From Camelus dromedarius (Eukaryota), in NCBI RefSeq assembly GCF_036321535.1, contig NC_087437.1, positions 31,374,001 to 31,438,000 of the forward strand: 64,000 bases of DNA, read 5' to 3'. This document shows, one piece after another, positions 49,301 through 63,210 of this stretch. Below the pieces are notes generated by a model. That model did not search any database. It saw only the letters and a list, made by a program, of their open reading frames with translations, and was not told the origin of the DNA. The first letter of the stretch is position 1. Every line of letters starts with the position of its first letter. Position numbers and translations under genes: made by a program.

Positions 49301-52300
49301 GAGAACATAGTTTCATTCTTTAATTATTTTACTGCAGTTTCCCACCTCATTAGGACCCAATTTACGCACAATAAGTAGAGTCAATTTTAATTAGGAGCCC
49401 TGGATTGTGAACTTTCCTTAGCAACACCCTGGGAGGGGCCTCAGCTTTAGTAATGCTTCAGATTCCCTGCTTTTCTAGAACAGCATTTGAAAAGCAAAAA
49501 CAGAACAGGTGTACAAACCAGTTTCCTTAACACGATATAGTTATTTGAAAACATCTTAGTCACCTTGGGATATTTATTTCTAACATTTTTATCACCTTGG
49601 GATGCTTTGTCTAAGGTTTGATCTTTTTTGTTCCCCTAATCGAGTTGCCATCAAAAGAATCTGTTGAGTATGGCCAACATTGATTCTTCTCTGGAAATAC
49701 CTGTCCCTCAGGAATTTAAAAATGATGATTTGATCGCCATGCCTTCAAGCTGAGGCCTTAGGAGTTAGTAAGGCCTATATGTGATCTAATTTTCTGAGAA
49801 TGAGGAAAGTGACAATTTATGGAAACTAAGACAATAATAATACCTGGCATTTTTAACATTTTAAAAATTGCTTGCTACCTGCCAGCATTGTTCAAATCCC
49901 TCTGCCTCTATCAGCTCACTGAACTCATATTATCATCCCATTCTCCCAGGTGGCATAGCTGAGGCACGGAGAAGCCGTGTAACTTGCCCCAGCTCACAGA
50001 GGTAGGAGCAGAGAACAGATTTGAACCCACGTCCTCTGGCCCCAGAGCCTAAAGTCTTAACCATCTGACAACCCTGCCTTCTGGGACTGAAGAAGAACAA
50101 AGCAGAGGTATGGTTAAAGGTGACATTTTTCCCCTTAGTTTGCCTTAGGTAGCATGAGTTCTTCCATTTGTCCCAAATTCTTCATTTGTAAATTCCAACA
50201 GTCTACTTTCCGGGATGTTGTGGCAGCTTGTTATTTAAATGTATTTCTAGTTCCTTGGAAGAAAGGCTATATAAATATTACATAACCATTTTAAAAATGT
50301 AAGAAATGTCTCCACCTGAATATGATGGTCATATTTCTCATTCTGAATATGAGTGCTGACTCATGGGTGAATGAATGGGTGCTGACTTTCTGAGTCCTGA
50401 GGACGTGGTTGCTCCGGGTCCCTCTGCATCATCTCACAGTGCAGGTTCAAGATCAGACTCTTCACTGGGAGTGAGTCCCCTTGAGACCTCAGGAAACCAT
50501 CTCCCTGGTAGTGTCTAGGCCTCTGTGAGCCTTTTCCTTCAAACCTTCTACTAGGTTATGTGCTGTAAGAGAAATGGGAAGAAGCAAAACAATGGATTAA
50601 TTATGATACACTCATATGGTAGAATACTATTCAGCCCGAAAAAATGAACTAAATACATGTACAACATGGATGACTTTCACAAACACTTATGTTGAAAGAA
50701 GACAAAAATCAATACAAGTTGTATAGCTTTATTCATATAAAGTTGAAAAACAGGCAAAACCTGGGATGGTGGGTGAGGTGAGTATACACTGGGAAAGGAG
50801 ACGGGGAGAAACTTAGAGAATGGGGAGAGTGTTTTATTTCTTCATCTGGGTGTAGTTACCTACAGAGACAGACACGTATGAAAATCCTAAAGTTGTACAC
50901 TGTAAGTAGGGAACTTGATGCATATTATCCCTCTATAAAGAAATAAAAGGAACTGAAAAGGACGTTCGTAGAAGACTGTGGAGCTGCAAATGCACGGTGG
51001 ATTCTGCAGCCAGAGCTGAAGGCAGGGACCGGCTCACAGCGGGACTTGTATGTCAAGCTGAAGGCTTTGCCCTTTATTCCGTCAGACCAGGGGCCTCATG
51101 AAGAAACCACAGACTCAGCCTGGAGTGTTGAAATCTCACTCAGCATCATTCCGTAGAGAGGGAGGACTGGAGCTGGGGCCAAACAGAAATCCAGGAGGTG
51201 AGATAACCGTAAATAGTGCTCCTCTGAGAAAACTCGAATTCTATTTCTACCCCTTGGGGAGTGCACACTTTGGGTAATACGGTGGTCCGCCCATGAAACT
51301 CGGGGAGGAGGCGGTAGCCACGTGGACCCTCCCTGCCACATCAGACACTCGGACAATGTCAAAACCACTTTTCTGTGGCTGCCGCACTGCAGAAGGCCCA
51401 GAAAGCCTGTGGGCTTCCCGGGGCCGGCCTTCCTGACTCCCGGCCCAGCTGGGCTTCTCAGTCTCCCCACCCCCAGCTCCCATCTGGTCCCAGTGTTCTT
51501 CTCTTTACAGTATTTGCATAGAGGAGGAAGAGCAGGCACTGTTGGCCACACTGACCTAAATAAAATGCAAGGGTCACCGGGTCCTCTCCATGGTGATGGT
51601 ATATAATTTGCACATTCTCACTCAGACCTGCTGTCAAAATTTGATATTTTTCCATATTAAAATTAAATAGTACTGACTTAAAGATAAGCTTTTTTGAATA
51701 ACTGAATTGAACATAGATGATTTTTAAAATGTATTTGAATCATACCTGTAGGTCCCTTAACTTATTTCTATTTGTTTTGAGCCCCTTCTACTTATTCAAT
51801 AAACATTTTTCATTAAAAAATGGTTAAAGTGTATCTAGTTATGTGCTTTAAATACATACACATGGGGGTAATGCTACATCAGTAATCTGGGCTCTTTTCT
51901 GATGAAAGCTTTTTCAGGTATGGTCCTGTATTTTTCATCAGACACACTAAAGTAGCCACTTGTAGGCCATTAAATAAATAAGATATTTGGGTTTCAAACA
52001 AATGCATTTCAGCAAATGTAATGTTCTAATTTAAACAATGAATTTGTGCTTGTGTATTCTTGTGCATGTGTGATATACAAGTACTAATTTTCAAATGAAC
52101 CTTCAGGAACTCTCGAAATGAAGTAAGTGTGCGTTTGTTTATGTAACTACTCTTTCATATAGCTCCCTTAGATTCCAGATAATACATTTTTATGAGTGTG
52201 AGAGAAGAGGGAAACCGCAGTACCTCCTGGGTTGGGTGGAATGGATCAAAACTCTCCAGGCTGTTCAGAAGCAGAGATGCAGCACTAATAGATCCCGGGC

Positions 52301-54408
52301 AGCAACTAGTGTTTCAGCAACTCCCACATCACTTCAGAGTCTGGGATCCTCTAATCTCACGTTTATATCTCCCCCCACTTCATGTGAAAACCCCTTTGGT
52401 CGGTTTTAAGCACGTCCTCTGGTTCAAAAGCGACTCAGGCTTCCAAAGAAAACCACAGTGCCAAGATGAAATCAGCATTTCTTCAGGATTTAAGTGGGCA
52501 TTTATCTCAGTCTCATGATTCTTATACACTCGTCTTCTGAATAATCTCCAGTCTGAAAGAACACATCTGAAATGTTACACTTCCTGCAAGAAGGTACAGT
52601 ACAATGATTCCCTGTTCCAGGACATTATATGCTTTAGTGAGTCTTTAACAGACTTTGGATATTTTGTTTTCCTACTAAGGTGTCAGTTGAACTCGTAATC
52701 GCATTTAGGGTCACCGTGGCTTCCTTCTGACTGATCTAGTACATACTTAAAGATTTCCTGATGTCCAGATCTAAGAACATCATCAACCATGGGGTCATCG
52801 TGAAAGCAGTTACGATTGTCTTGAAAATCTGCAAACCGTTCTCAGAATGGCTAATGTGATGTTTGCACACATCCGCCCCTCAAAAACAAACTTAATTTGG
52901 CTGTGCTGGAACTCTGTGGCCTCATATTTATACAGCCATTTTTTTCTGGGACAAGATCATTTCTGGTTATAAGAATTTTAGCTATTTGTGCTCTAGCTTT
53001 TGGAATTCAGTGCTGCCATGTGGGAGAATTGTATCCGTGAAAGTTTTTTTCCCCTCTCTGTTCCATGCTTGTAGTTTTTTATGGTTGTCTTTGTTGATTC
53101 CTAAGGATATGGGAGCTTTCTTTCTCTTTATCTCTTCCCAATGAACTGTTCTGTGTATCACAAAGAGATGACACAAAGCACATAGTCGTTCATTCAGGAT
53201 GAGAAAGTTAAGTCACTCCAAATTTCCTACAGTCAAAGAACACCCCTGTATCTTCTCATTCAGAGGGGTGTTTAGGATAGGAAATTAGAGCAAACCGGAG
53301 GACATGTTAGTATGGATCTGTGTGTTTGGTTGCCAAGTACAAGAGGTGAAATGAGTCTCCGATAAATATCTTAGAGGGTACACACTCGTACTGGACAACC
53401 CGAAAATGACTGCCCTGTACTGGGAAGAACATAGTGCTCCCTTCAGCAATTTAGAGGCTTCTGCCTTTGTTTGTGGTGGCCTGTACATGCTGGGTAGCTC
53501 AGTTGGCTAGACCATTAAGTACCCACTGCTCTGCAGGAGAAAGCAAGCCCAGAGTTCTCCAAGGGCACAGAGATGGGAAAGCTCAGCACAGATTGAAGAG
53601 AAGGGCGTCCAGACGTGGGCCCCGAGGAGCCAACCAGACCGTGGCAGGATGCGGGCCACCCAGAGCAATCTGGCTAGCAGGACCTTTCTGAATTTGAGGA
53701 ACACCAGACCTGCTACCATTTTTTTTTTTTAAGGCTCCTGGTATATTTTTAAAATGCTGAAAAAGGTTTTGAAATTTTGTCATCTTTTAGGTATTTACAA
53801 CCATTAAAATTACAAATTGAACGTCTTTATTTTTCCCCCATTGGTATATTTCTGGGGTAGTTTTACCTCCTTGGAGACTATATCCGAAGTCTGTATTTGA
53901 GGCCCTCAGGGAATGGTAGGCTCTGGCTGAATGCCTCCCTGGGATGCCACTGTCACATAATTCACCCCAACTTGGACCAGACAGCCCCACAGGCAAGGCT
54001 CACAGTGTCCTTAGAGCTTCTTTCTTTTCCTGTATCCCGGACTGTCTGTACCCCAAGCAGTTCCTCAATAAGTCTGTGTCAAATACATGAATTGAATGTT
54101 CTTTAAACATAAGTAAGGACTTTCTTACCTCATTCCTCTTCTGAAATGCCCCCATATTTGGCTCTGCCAGCTATCCCTCTTACCCATCTTTGAAGTTCTA
54201 GCCACGCTCCATGTTTTTTATGAAGTCTACCTGTTCCAATTATTGTATTAAATTTCCTCTATATGCTCAGAAGTCCTCCCGTGCTTACAGTCAGAACCTT
54301 TTACAATAGTTTGACTATTGTCAACTCCCAACTCCCGCTCCTGCCCCAGCCTGGAGAATTCAGACTCTGTAGTCAAGAACCAAGTCTTATTCTTCTTTTG
54401 TATCTGTA

Positions 54409-54913
54409 ATGTAAAGCCTAAAATTTCATGTGCTGCTTTGACATCTTCAAGCCTCACAGGGCCCCAGAGGTCTAACCCTAGGTTCTCTTGCTTTTGCCAG
54501 ACACGTCCCCCACCCAGTGGTAAAGGCACCCTCCTTGGCTAGTTCTCCTATTAGCCCGATCAGCTTAATTCCACCTGGTCCTCAACCTCATGGATATTAC
54601 TCCCTTGCCAGCCTGTGAAATTATTCAAACAAGCCAATCACATCCGCCTGTGGGAACCAGGGGTCACTCTACCCTCTGGTTAATACAAAACCGGCCTCCC
54701 ACACCCCCTGCTTTTTTACTCGACTCCCAAGTGCAACCCCCAAGTGACCCTACATGGTGTGTGATGTCCTCCCACAGGCTGTGAGTGTGTGTGACTAATA
54801 CACTGCTGCCAGTCTCATTTGTTCAGTGTCAGGTGGGATATGTGTGGCCATCTTACTTTATAGGGTGAGGCATCCCTCCTTCAACGACTGGGTGAATAGG
54901 AGGTGATCAGAAC
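54409..54913 (+). mobile_element. ERVL-type solo LTR (MER74-like)
   Basis: CCAAT box (aagccaatcaca), degenerate poly(A) region gtgactaatacactgctg, and 3' end gggtgaataggaggtgatcagaac. Family assigned from recall. Confidence 0.65.
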
Positions 54914-57192
54914 GGGATCCTGAGCAGAGCTGTCACTCAATAAATGTGTGTTGACTGCATGTTCTTCCTTCTGTGGAGTCCCTAGCCCCAGTTAGGAGAC
55001 TGGAAATTAAATAAATGTTTGCTATAGATGCCGACAGATTTATTTTCCTTCAGAGAATCTGTTAGAATCATATGGCAATGGCTTCCATTCACTTAATTAT
55101 ATTTCAAGCAGTCTTTTCTTTACTACTCACTATGTTGTTGACCAATAAAAAGGAATTGCCTGAGGGCAAATCTGTGCTTAATTTCTATACTACTGGTCTG
55201 GCATTTACACTGTAATTCCTAATTGCTAATAGAAATAAATTGTGACATTGTCCACTTATGAAAACAAGATGCGAAGTATCAGTTGATATAATCAAGAAAC
55301 TAAAATAACTGAAAGCACATGAGAGCTCAGACTTCTCCCACATGGAAATTTACTTAATCTGTTTTGTTGCCTCCATGTATTTTACTTCTTTGTAAGAAAA
55401 AATGGCAACACTGAAGGCACTGATAATCAAATAGCACCTTCCTCCAGGAATACTAATGCAATTAGTATTAACCTTATTAGTGCTTCAGAGAGAGTTTCAT
55501 TGGTTACTCTGCTGTTTTATCACTTGGTTTCCCAAGGTCCAAGAAAAAAATAAAAAGCCACATGTTTTTACTTCTCAGGGCTCCTGCTTGTCCTAGAGCA
55601 GTGGGTAAAAAATGCAAAGCCAGCAGCTCTCCTGTCCAGTTTCCAGTTCACACTCACTCTTAACATGGGTTCCCTCCTTCCAGCGCCCTGCCACTTCTCT
55701 CCTCTGGTTAGTACTGGTGAGTTAGTAGCCAAGGCTCTGAGGGGGAAATGGGGGTCAGGAGGGCTGATGAAACCTCAGATCCACACCAGTACCACCCTTC
55801 CACCACCCTGGGCATGTGATGTCTTGCTTTCCAACCTCAGCTTGCCAAGAGGAAAATTCCAGGAGGTAAAAGTTAGTGGAAAATGGTCATTAAACAATTC
55901 CAGCAAGCTTCAAACCATAAGCCAAGTACAAGGCCCTTCTCTGAAGGCCTGTGTCTGTCCAGTGCCTAAAATTCATCTGCTCCCGGCTTCCTCCCTGCTC
56001 CTTCTCCAGACTGGATGCGTGGGTGAAACAGTGTATTGTGAGGCTGGCGTGCTGATCACGTGATAACTATAAGGCTAGTGCAGAGGCAAGGGTATGTGCT
56101 CAGGGTGGGAAGCAGGCAAGGAAAAGAGAGACTTCCCAGCAACAACCCACGTGGCTCGCTGCTGGGGCCTGATATTTCACTAGGACGTGGAGAAGGGAGC
56201 CCAGCCGGGCCAGGCATGCGTGTGGTTACTAGTTCTGCAGGCTCCACACGCCTGTGCCTTGGCTGCGCGCCACACAGGCTGCAGGCCTGTGCAGCTCCTG
56301 GCCTCTGCCTCCGAAACGGGCAATGGGGGATGGGCTTTGCTCCCCATAATGACCTGAAAAGGTGGAAGTACCAAATAAAAGAACTTCCTCCTGCAGGAAG
56401 AGGAGAGGCAGAGTGCCAAGCCCCTAAGAAAAAGCAGAAATGATTCCTACCGAAATAAGAATTCTGTATTGAATGGAGGGAGACCCCTTAGGGCAGCAGC
56501 TGGTTTACAGTCTTTGTGCCCAAAGTTTGTCTACATTGCTGCTGATTCCTGCTGGCTTAATCGGCTAAAAAAAAGGTCCCCACTGTTGGTCCCTAGACAT
56601 AGAGACCTTTATCAGCATTCAATACACAAAGTTTCCAGGTTTATTAAATTTTCAGAAAAGAATAATCAAAGAGAAATTTTTTTCCATAATCCAAGTATCC
56701 AATACTAATACACTAATGTGTATACCGCTAGTAATATATGCATGTTTTAAAACCAAGATATGCCGTGCAGTTGTGTGATCTTCTAAATTAAAAAAAAAAT
56801 TATCATGCTGATCTCTTCATGTAAATACATGTACCTACTTCATAATTGTTAAGGCTGCATAGTCTTCCAAGTGGATGGATAGGCCATCATTTACCCAGTC
56901 AATCCTCTATTGTTGGATAGTGCGAAGATGTTCCATTTTTCTGGATCATAAAATCAAAATGTGCTCTCTGTATAACTGGGTCCTAGAGCTGACACATCAG
57001 ACAGGTGTTTTGGAGCCTCCGTATTCCTTCCAGTTCTGCTGCTGAACCTCCACTTCCACCCCTTTCTAAGTGCTTCTTTGATTCTTTCTAAAAATTTTCA
57101 CCATAATCCATACAGATATTACACAGAAATTCACTATTCCTAGCATTGTAGTAAGAAAGCACTTCCAACATTGTGGCAAAATACAGTGCAGT

Positions 57193-57561
57193 TGTTAGGG
57201 ACTGAATCATCCACCCACCACCCACAACACACCCCTTCACATGTTAGAGCCCCAACCCTGAGAACCTCAGAATGTGACTGTATTTGGACTCTAAAGAGGA
57301 GATTATGTTAAAGTGAGGCCATTAGGGTGGGTCCTTCTCTGAGGACACACAGAAACACACCAGAGGTGTGTGAGCACAGAGGACAGGCCACATGAGGACA
57401 CAGCAGTAAGGTGTCTGCAAGTCAAAGAGAGAGGCTTCAAGAGAAACCAGACTTGCCGGCTCTTTGATTTTGAACTTCCAGCCTCCAAAGCTGTGAGAAG
57501 TTTCTGTTGAAGCCACCCAGTCTGTGGTATTTTCTTATGGCAGCCCTAGCAAACAAACACA
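57193..57561 (+). mobile_element. MaLR solo LTR (MLT1B-like)
   Basis: acctcagaatgtgactgtatttgg...ttccagcctccaaagctgtgaga...aagccacccagtctgtggtattttcttatggcagccctagcaaac. Confidence 0.85.
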
Positions 57562-59169
57562 GCAAACTTTGAGTAAATTACTTGCATCCATAAACCTCAG
57601 TGTCCTTAAAATAAACTAGGGGATGAGATTATGAGATCCGTACATTTGTCTTTGTTTGTTTTTAGTCTTCAGAATACTTTACTACTCAGTATGGCATGGG
57701 CAAGGACAAGTGAAGACTGACACTGGCCACAAATAATAGGTACCGCTGTGTTGGGCTGTATGTACTGAAGGCCAATTATTTCACCCTTCAGAAATAACGA
57801 GATTGAAACATAGGTATCAACATGGAAAGATGTCCAAGTTTTAGCCAAGTGAGAACAAAAAAGTTACATGATTATGTACAGGATGATTCATTTATAATGT
57901 TTAGAGGACTCTAAAGAGACTTACAAAATCCTCCCATAGGAGTCTGACAAATAAAGAGATCTGCATGATTCTTAAACCTTAAATATGTCATTGGTTTGTA
58001 ATGAAGTTGGCATTAAAGAGAACCCTGAGCTTCACTGGCACACACACCTGGAAGTCCCAAGGAAGGTTAGAGACTTCAGGACTGTTGATTTAGTGGAGTT
58101 ACCATATTTGAGTTACCATGTTTTCAAGGGCCCAGCTCTTTGTTTGTTTCTTTGTTCTGCACACTACAAGTGTGGGTTTTGTCCTAAACCTTAGGTCTCT
58201 TTATGGTTGCAAAATAGATGGCTGTCCACAGTCATAAGGGCAAAATCCTTCCTTATTCACAACTAGAAGAAGCAGGGAGAGATGGCCACTTCTACTCATA
58301 TTTCACTGGCCCAAATGTCTTAGATATCTCCATTCCCAACTCAATCACTCACTCAGAATTTCGGGTACTGTGAAAGGTTTGGAGTGATAATCTGGCTGGA
58401 AAGATGTGGGGAGGCTGCTGTAATGTCCAGGAAAGCTAGGAGTAAATCATTTAATTTTTGGTTGGCTATGATTTCTGTGTAATCAGTATGCATAGTCAGG
58501 GAAGTGAGACCATAATCCGCAAGTATATTTCAAATGTAATAACATTTTTGTGAATACTAAATTTAACAATTAATTGTGAATCTAACTCTATATTTCAGAG
58601 ACACTTAACTAAATATTTAATGAGTTTTGCTATCACTGTTTTCTTTCTGCATTTAGAAGCCAATACATTTTTTTCAGGTTTAAAATGTTCAGGCCCCTGA
58701 AAAGCTCTTAGGCTCGAGGCATCTGCACAGTGAATAAAAAGGCCCCAGAGACTAGACTGGAATGTGATGGTAATTAAGAAAATCCAAAATGTGATAAACG
58801 ATTGCATTCTTGGCCTGAAGGAAAACTGTTTATGGGAGAAACAAAATCCCTCTGGAAGGAGGAAGCAAAAATAGTAAAAAAAAAAAAAAAAAAAAATTTC
58901 CCATGTCTATCCAGCACCATCCAGGGAAATAAATTTTGACCACTAAAATCAAAGATGTGGGCAGGGACTACTAGAATCCCCTTTTCTTTACTCGTCTATC
59001 CTTGCAGCAGTGTGTCCAGCAAAAAAATTAAAACCAAAGCCAACAACAAGGGCAATAGCAACAGCAAAAGCAAAAACCAAAAGAGCTGTAATTCCTCCCT
59101 CTTGCAAACTGGGGTCTCTGAAACAATACAGGCCAAAGAGAAACAAGTGAAAGTCTGCCGAAGATTTCT

Positions 59170-59490
59170 GGAAAAGTTTGCTTTCTGATTATAGATGTCC
59201 CCCTTCCTCCTTGTTACCTTTTTTTTCCTTCTCCCTGCTGGAATGCAGATTTATGGCTGGAGGTGGAGCAGCCATCTTGTGACTAGAAAGTAACCATGAA
59301 TGAAAAAGCCCCACACTAATGATGACAAAATAGAAAGGCAGATGGCTCCTGGAAGATGATGTCAAGGAGCTCCTGCACCAGTCCTGGACTGCCCATCTCT
59401 GGATACAAGGGAAAGGAAAATATCTATTTGATTGAGATATCTAACTGGTTTCTGTTTCATGGGGCTGAATAGGATCCCTAATTAATGTAG
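59170..59490 (+). mobile_element. Old MLT1-type LTR fragment
   Basis: gctggaggtggagcagccatcttgtgac...cctggactgccc...gctgaataggatccctaattaat resembles MLT1H/I/J. Confidence 0.55.
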
Positions 59491-59714
59491 AGTTTCATTG
59501 ACATGGCAGCATTTTAGTTGAGCCTAAGGATTTAAACATAAATTAAGGTGGAGAAAGGCACTGCAGCCTGAGGAAACAGCAGCACAAAAGTGACCAACTA
59601 ATAGCATTTTATCTTATGATGGGAATGAAGGAGAGGTCGACATCATTAATTCCTGGCAAACATGAAGGAGGAAATGAGGCTCAAAGACTAGACTCCGAAC
59701 AGATTTTAAAGCAA

Positions 59715-60025
59715 CTCTTCCCAATAGAAATATAATGCAAACTATGTATGTAACTTTACATTTTCTGGTAACTACATTGAAAAAGTAAAAAGAAACGGGT
59801 GAAATTAATTTTAATAATTCATTTTATTTAACCTACATATACAATAAGAAACTTCAACATGTATCAATATAAAAAGTTAACAATATATTTTATATTCATT
59901 TTTTCATTTGAAGTCTTGAAAATCTGGTGTGTATATACTTTCAGCACCTCTCAGTTAATTCTGGCCACAGTTCAAGTGCTCAATAGCCCATGTGCCTAGT
60001 GGCTACCATATTGGACAGTGAAGTC
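59715..60025. mobile_element. MER33-like hAT-Charlie DNA transposon
   Basis: ccaatagaaatataatgc...ttcaagtgctcaatagcccatgtgcctagtggctaccatattggacag. Homologous to 15915-16225. Confidence 0.8.
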
Positions 60026-61119
60026 TTAAGAGAGTCTTGAATCTCATATTTGAAAGTTTGAACTTTAACTACCGAAGTATAAATAAGCCATAATTTAATT
60101 TCTAAGAAAATCTCAAATATACCCCAAATATTGTGATAGTTTATTTTATTTCAAAATGTTATGACTTTTGGTTTTTGGAGAAAAAAAATCCATAAATATA
60201 GTAGATTTTCAAGATGGTATGCTTCTGTGGAACAGTAACACCAGTGGTCTGGAACCCAAGGTTGGGGATATCTGCTGAGTCCCCTTAACCTTTGAATGCT
60301 TCTTTCACAATAACACTTTAGGGGCATTTTTAAGAAAATGCAGAAGCCAATAAGAAAGAAAATAAAATCAGCAACCCCAGATAACTATGATCAACATATT
60401 AGCAAACTGTCTTCTTGAATTTTTTAATGTATGAATATTTTTAGACAGTTGAGATGATACTTTTTATACTATTCTATATTGTTAGCATTATTTCATAAGC
60501 ACTTTTTCTGTTATTAAAAATTCTTCAAAAACATTCTTCTCAATGGCTACAGTATACTATTTCTTCACATGAAAAAACTGTAACTTTTTTGACCACTACC
60601 TTAATATAGACACTTAGGTTGTTCCAAACTTTTTGCTACTTTAAATAATTTCTGCCAGTCATCTTTGTGCATAAAACTATTCTTGTGACTTGGTTTCTTT
60701 CCTTAGGACAGATTCTCAGAGGTAAAATTCCTGAAATAAAAGTTATGAACACTTCTTAATCTCTTGATATAGATCTGCCAGACTGCTTCCCAGGAAGATT
60801 TGAAACAATTTACAATTTTACCAAAATTGTGTGAACATATATATCCCTCCCCACTGTTAACCAGCATTCTGTACTAACCTTTAAAAAAAAGGGAGGGGGG
60901 TGATGGAGGAAGAGAATAATAGGGGGAAAATATTTGTCAATGTGCTTTAATTTCTATTTGTTGATTACTAGTCAGAATGAACATTTTTTTCTTTTGTTAT
61001 ATAGTGACTAGTGTTTCTCTTATCAGTTTTCTGTATTATTTACCTATAAACAGTCTAAATATTTTGTCACACTTTTTAAAAAACATTTTCCAGTTTGCTT
61101 TTTAAATTTCTCCTCTTTT

Positions 61120-62020
61120 AAAAAGTCAGGTTTATTGTGATATATTTTACATATAGTAAAATTCATCCTTTTTAGTATACATTTCTATGGATTTTCACAG
61201 ACATATACAGTAGGGTAACCAGCATCACACTCAGTTTATAGAATATTTCCATCACCTCCAAAAAATTTCCCCAGGCCCTTTTATAGTCAACCCTTCTCCC
61301 ACCTCTAGCCCCTGGCAACCACCCATCTGTTTCCTGTTCCTATAGTTTTGCTTTTTCCAGAATGTCATATAAAGAAATCATACAGAATATAGCCTTTTAA
61401 GTCTGGCTTCTTTCAATTAGCATAAAGTGTTGAGATATTCACCCATGTTACTGAATATGTCAGTATTTTGTTCCTTTGTTTTTGTTTTTTGGTGGAGGTA
61501 CTGGGGGATTGAACCTAAGACCTTGCTCACGCTAAGCATGCACTCTACCACTGAGCTACGCCCTCTCCCACCTCATTCCCTTTTTATTGCTGAGTACTAT
61601 GTGTGGAATCCCATATTTTGTTTATTCATATACCAGCTGAAGGACATGAAGGACATTTGGGTTATTTCTAGTTTTTGTTAGTAATGAATATAGTTCCTAT
61701 AAACATTCACATACAAGTATTTGAACATAAATTTTTATTTCTCTTGGGTAAATATGTCAAAATGGAATCACTGGGCTATAGGGTGAGTGTATATTTAACT
61801 TTCTAAGAAAACTGCCGAACTATTTTCCAAAATTGCTCTAACATTTTCTATTCCTACCAAGACTGCATGAAAATTTCCTTTGCTCCACATCTTTTCTGGT
61901 CCTTGGTATTGCCAGTGTTTTTGGAGGGGGGGGGGTTGTTTGTTTTGGGGTTTTTTTTTTAGCCATTTAATAGATGTATAGTGGTATTTCATTGTGATTT
62001 TAATTTGCATTTCCTTGAGA
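61120..62020 (-). mobile_element. L1M 3' end with a nested SINE
   Basis: Reverse ORF 61795..62010 begins MQIKITMKYHYT (L1 ORF2 motif MQIKTTMRYH). Typical L1 3' UTR sequence lies to the left. Confidence 0.82.
61475..61570 (-). mobile_element. tRNA-Ala-derived SINE (Vic-1-like)
   Basis: ggaggtactgggggattgaacc...gctaagcatgcactctaccactgagctacgccctc with a T-rich tail. Confidence 0.85.
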
Positions 62021-62454
62021 AATGCAGCAACAAATAAATAAAACTTAAGTAATAAATATGCTAAAGAAAATTAACAGTTTATGAATTCAAATGTACTGAC
62101 TTTTTATTTATTATTTTCTACTGTGTTTTAGATTAGAAAGTTCTTTCCCAATGAGAAATCAGGAGAAAATTCAGCTATATTTTTAGGATTTTAAAAAAGT
62201 GATTTGCTCTAAATTATCCACATTTTTAATCCATCTGGGCACATATTTAGTTAATTGTATGATGGTGACAAGTATCTATATTCATCATTTTGTTTTTAAA
62301 GGATACTCAGCTTTCTCTGTAAACTTTATTGACTAATTCTTTCATCCCATTTATTTGTGAAGCCTCCTTTATTAAATAATAGGGTCTATTCCTCAACAAT
62401 CAAATCTCCATTTGATTGAGCTTGCCATTGAACTTTCTATCTGTCCATGCATTC

Positions 62455-63210
62455 CACAGTTGCTTATTAAGCACTTACTATATTCCAGGCACTGTTGTAG
62501 GTTCTGGGAATACAACAGTGAACTAAAAAGTAAAGCCCCCTGATGTCTTGGTGCTTACATTCTAGTTCAGGGGAGATAGATAATAATTAAATAAATGAAT
62601 AACTGTATAATATTTTGGCTGGTAATACATGCTAAGAAGGAAAGTAAAGCAGGGTAAAGGGCATCCAATGACAAGCAAGTGCCAGTTTGGCCAGATCAGC
62701 CTCTCTGAGAGAGATGTTTGCAACCAGAATGTACTAAGGCTGTTGAGGGAGGGTATAGCTCAAGTGGTAGAGCGCATGCTTAGCATGCACAAGGTCCTGG
62801 GTTCAATCCCCAGCACCTCCTCCAAATATAAATAAATAAATAAACCTAATTAGCTCCCCCTCATTAAAAACAAACAAACAAACAAAAATAGAATGTACTA
62901 AGGTTATGAAACAAGGATATATCTAGAGGAGGAGCATTCCAGGCTGAGTCGCCCCAAAATGCAAAGACTTTGTGTTGGGAATGAGGTCAATGTGCTGGGG
63001 AAATACCAAGGAGACCATTGTGGATGAAACCAAGTGGTGGAGATGGAATGTGTAGAGGAGGTGAGGAGGGCACTTAGAGGCACAAATCATGTAGATCCTT
63101 GTAGACAATTTGTATTCTAAATCAGATCAAAGCTATTGGAAGATTTTGAGCAGAGGGATGATGTGAGTGAGTAACATTTAAAAAATAACACTCTGGCTAC
63201 TTTGTGGGTA
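62455..63210 (-). mobile_element. L2 fragment hosting a SINE
   Basis: ttattaagcacttactatattccaggcactgttgtagg...ggaagattttgagcagagg...cactctggctact. Confidence 0.7.
62747..62889 (+). mobile_element. Well-preserved tRNA-Ala-derived SINE (Vic-1-like) with a 14-bp target-site duplication
   Basis: A box TAGCTCAAGTGG, anticodon loop CTTAGCAT, B box GGTTCAATCC and an (AAAT)n/(AAAC)n tail. AGAATGTACTAAGG at 62726-62739 and 62890-62903. Confidence 0.92.

Noticed and set aside
49560..49603. TCACCTTGGGAT direct repeat around 20 nt
   Set aside because: Short duplication with no element inside. Too little evidence to interpret.
62747..62820. tRNA-Ala(AGC) gene
   Set aside because: It has an A-rich tail, a TSD and several diverged copies in the window, so it is a SINE head and not a tRNA gene.
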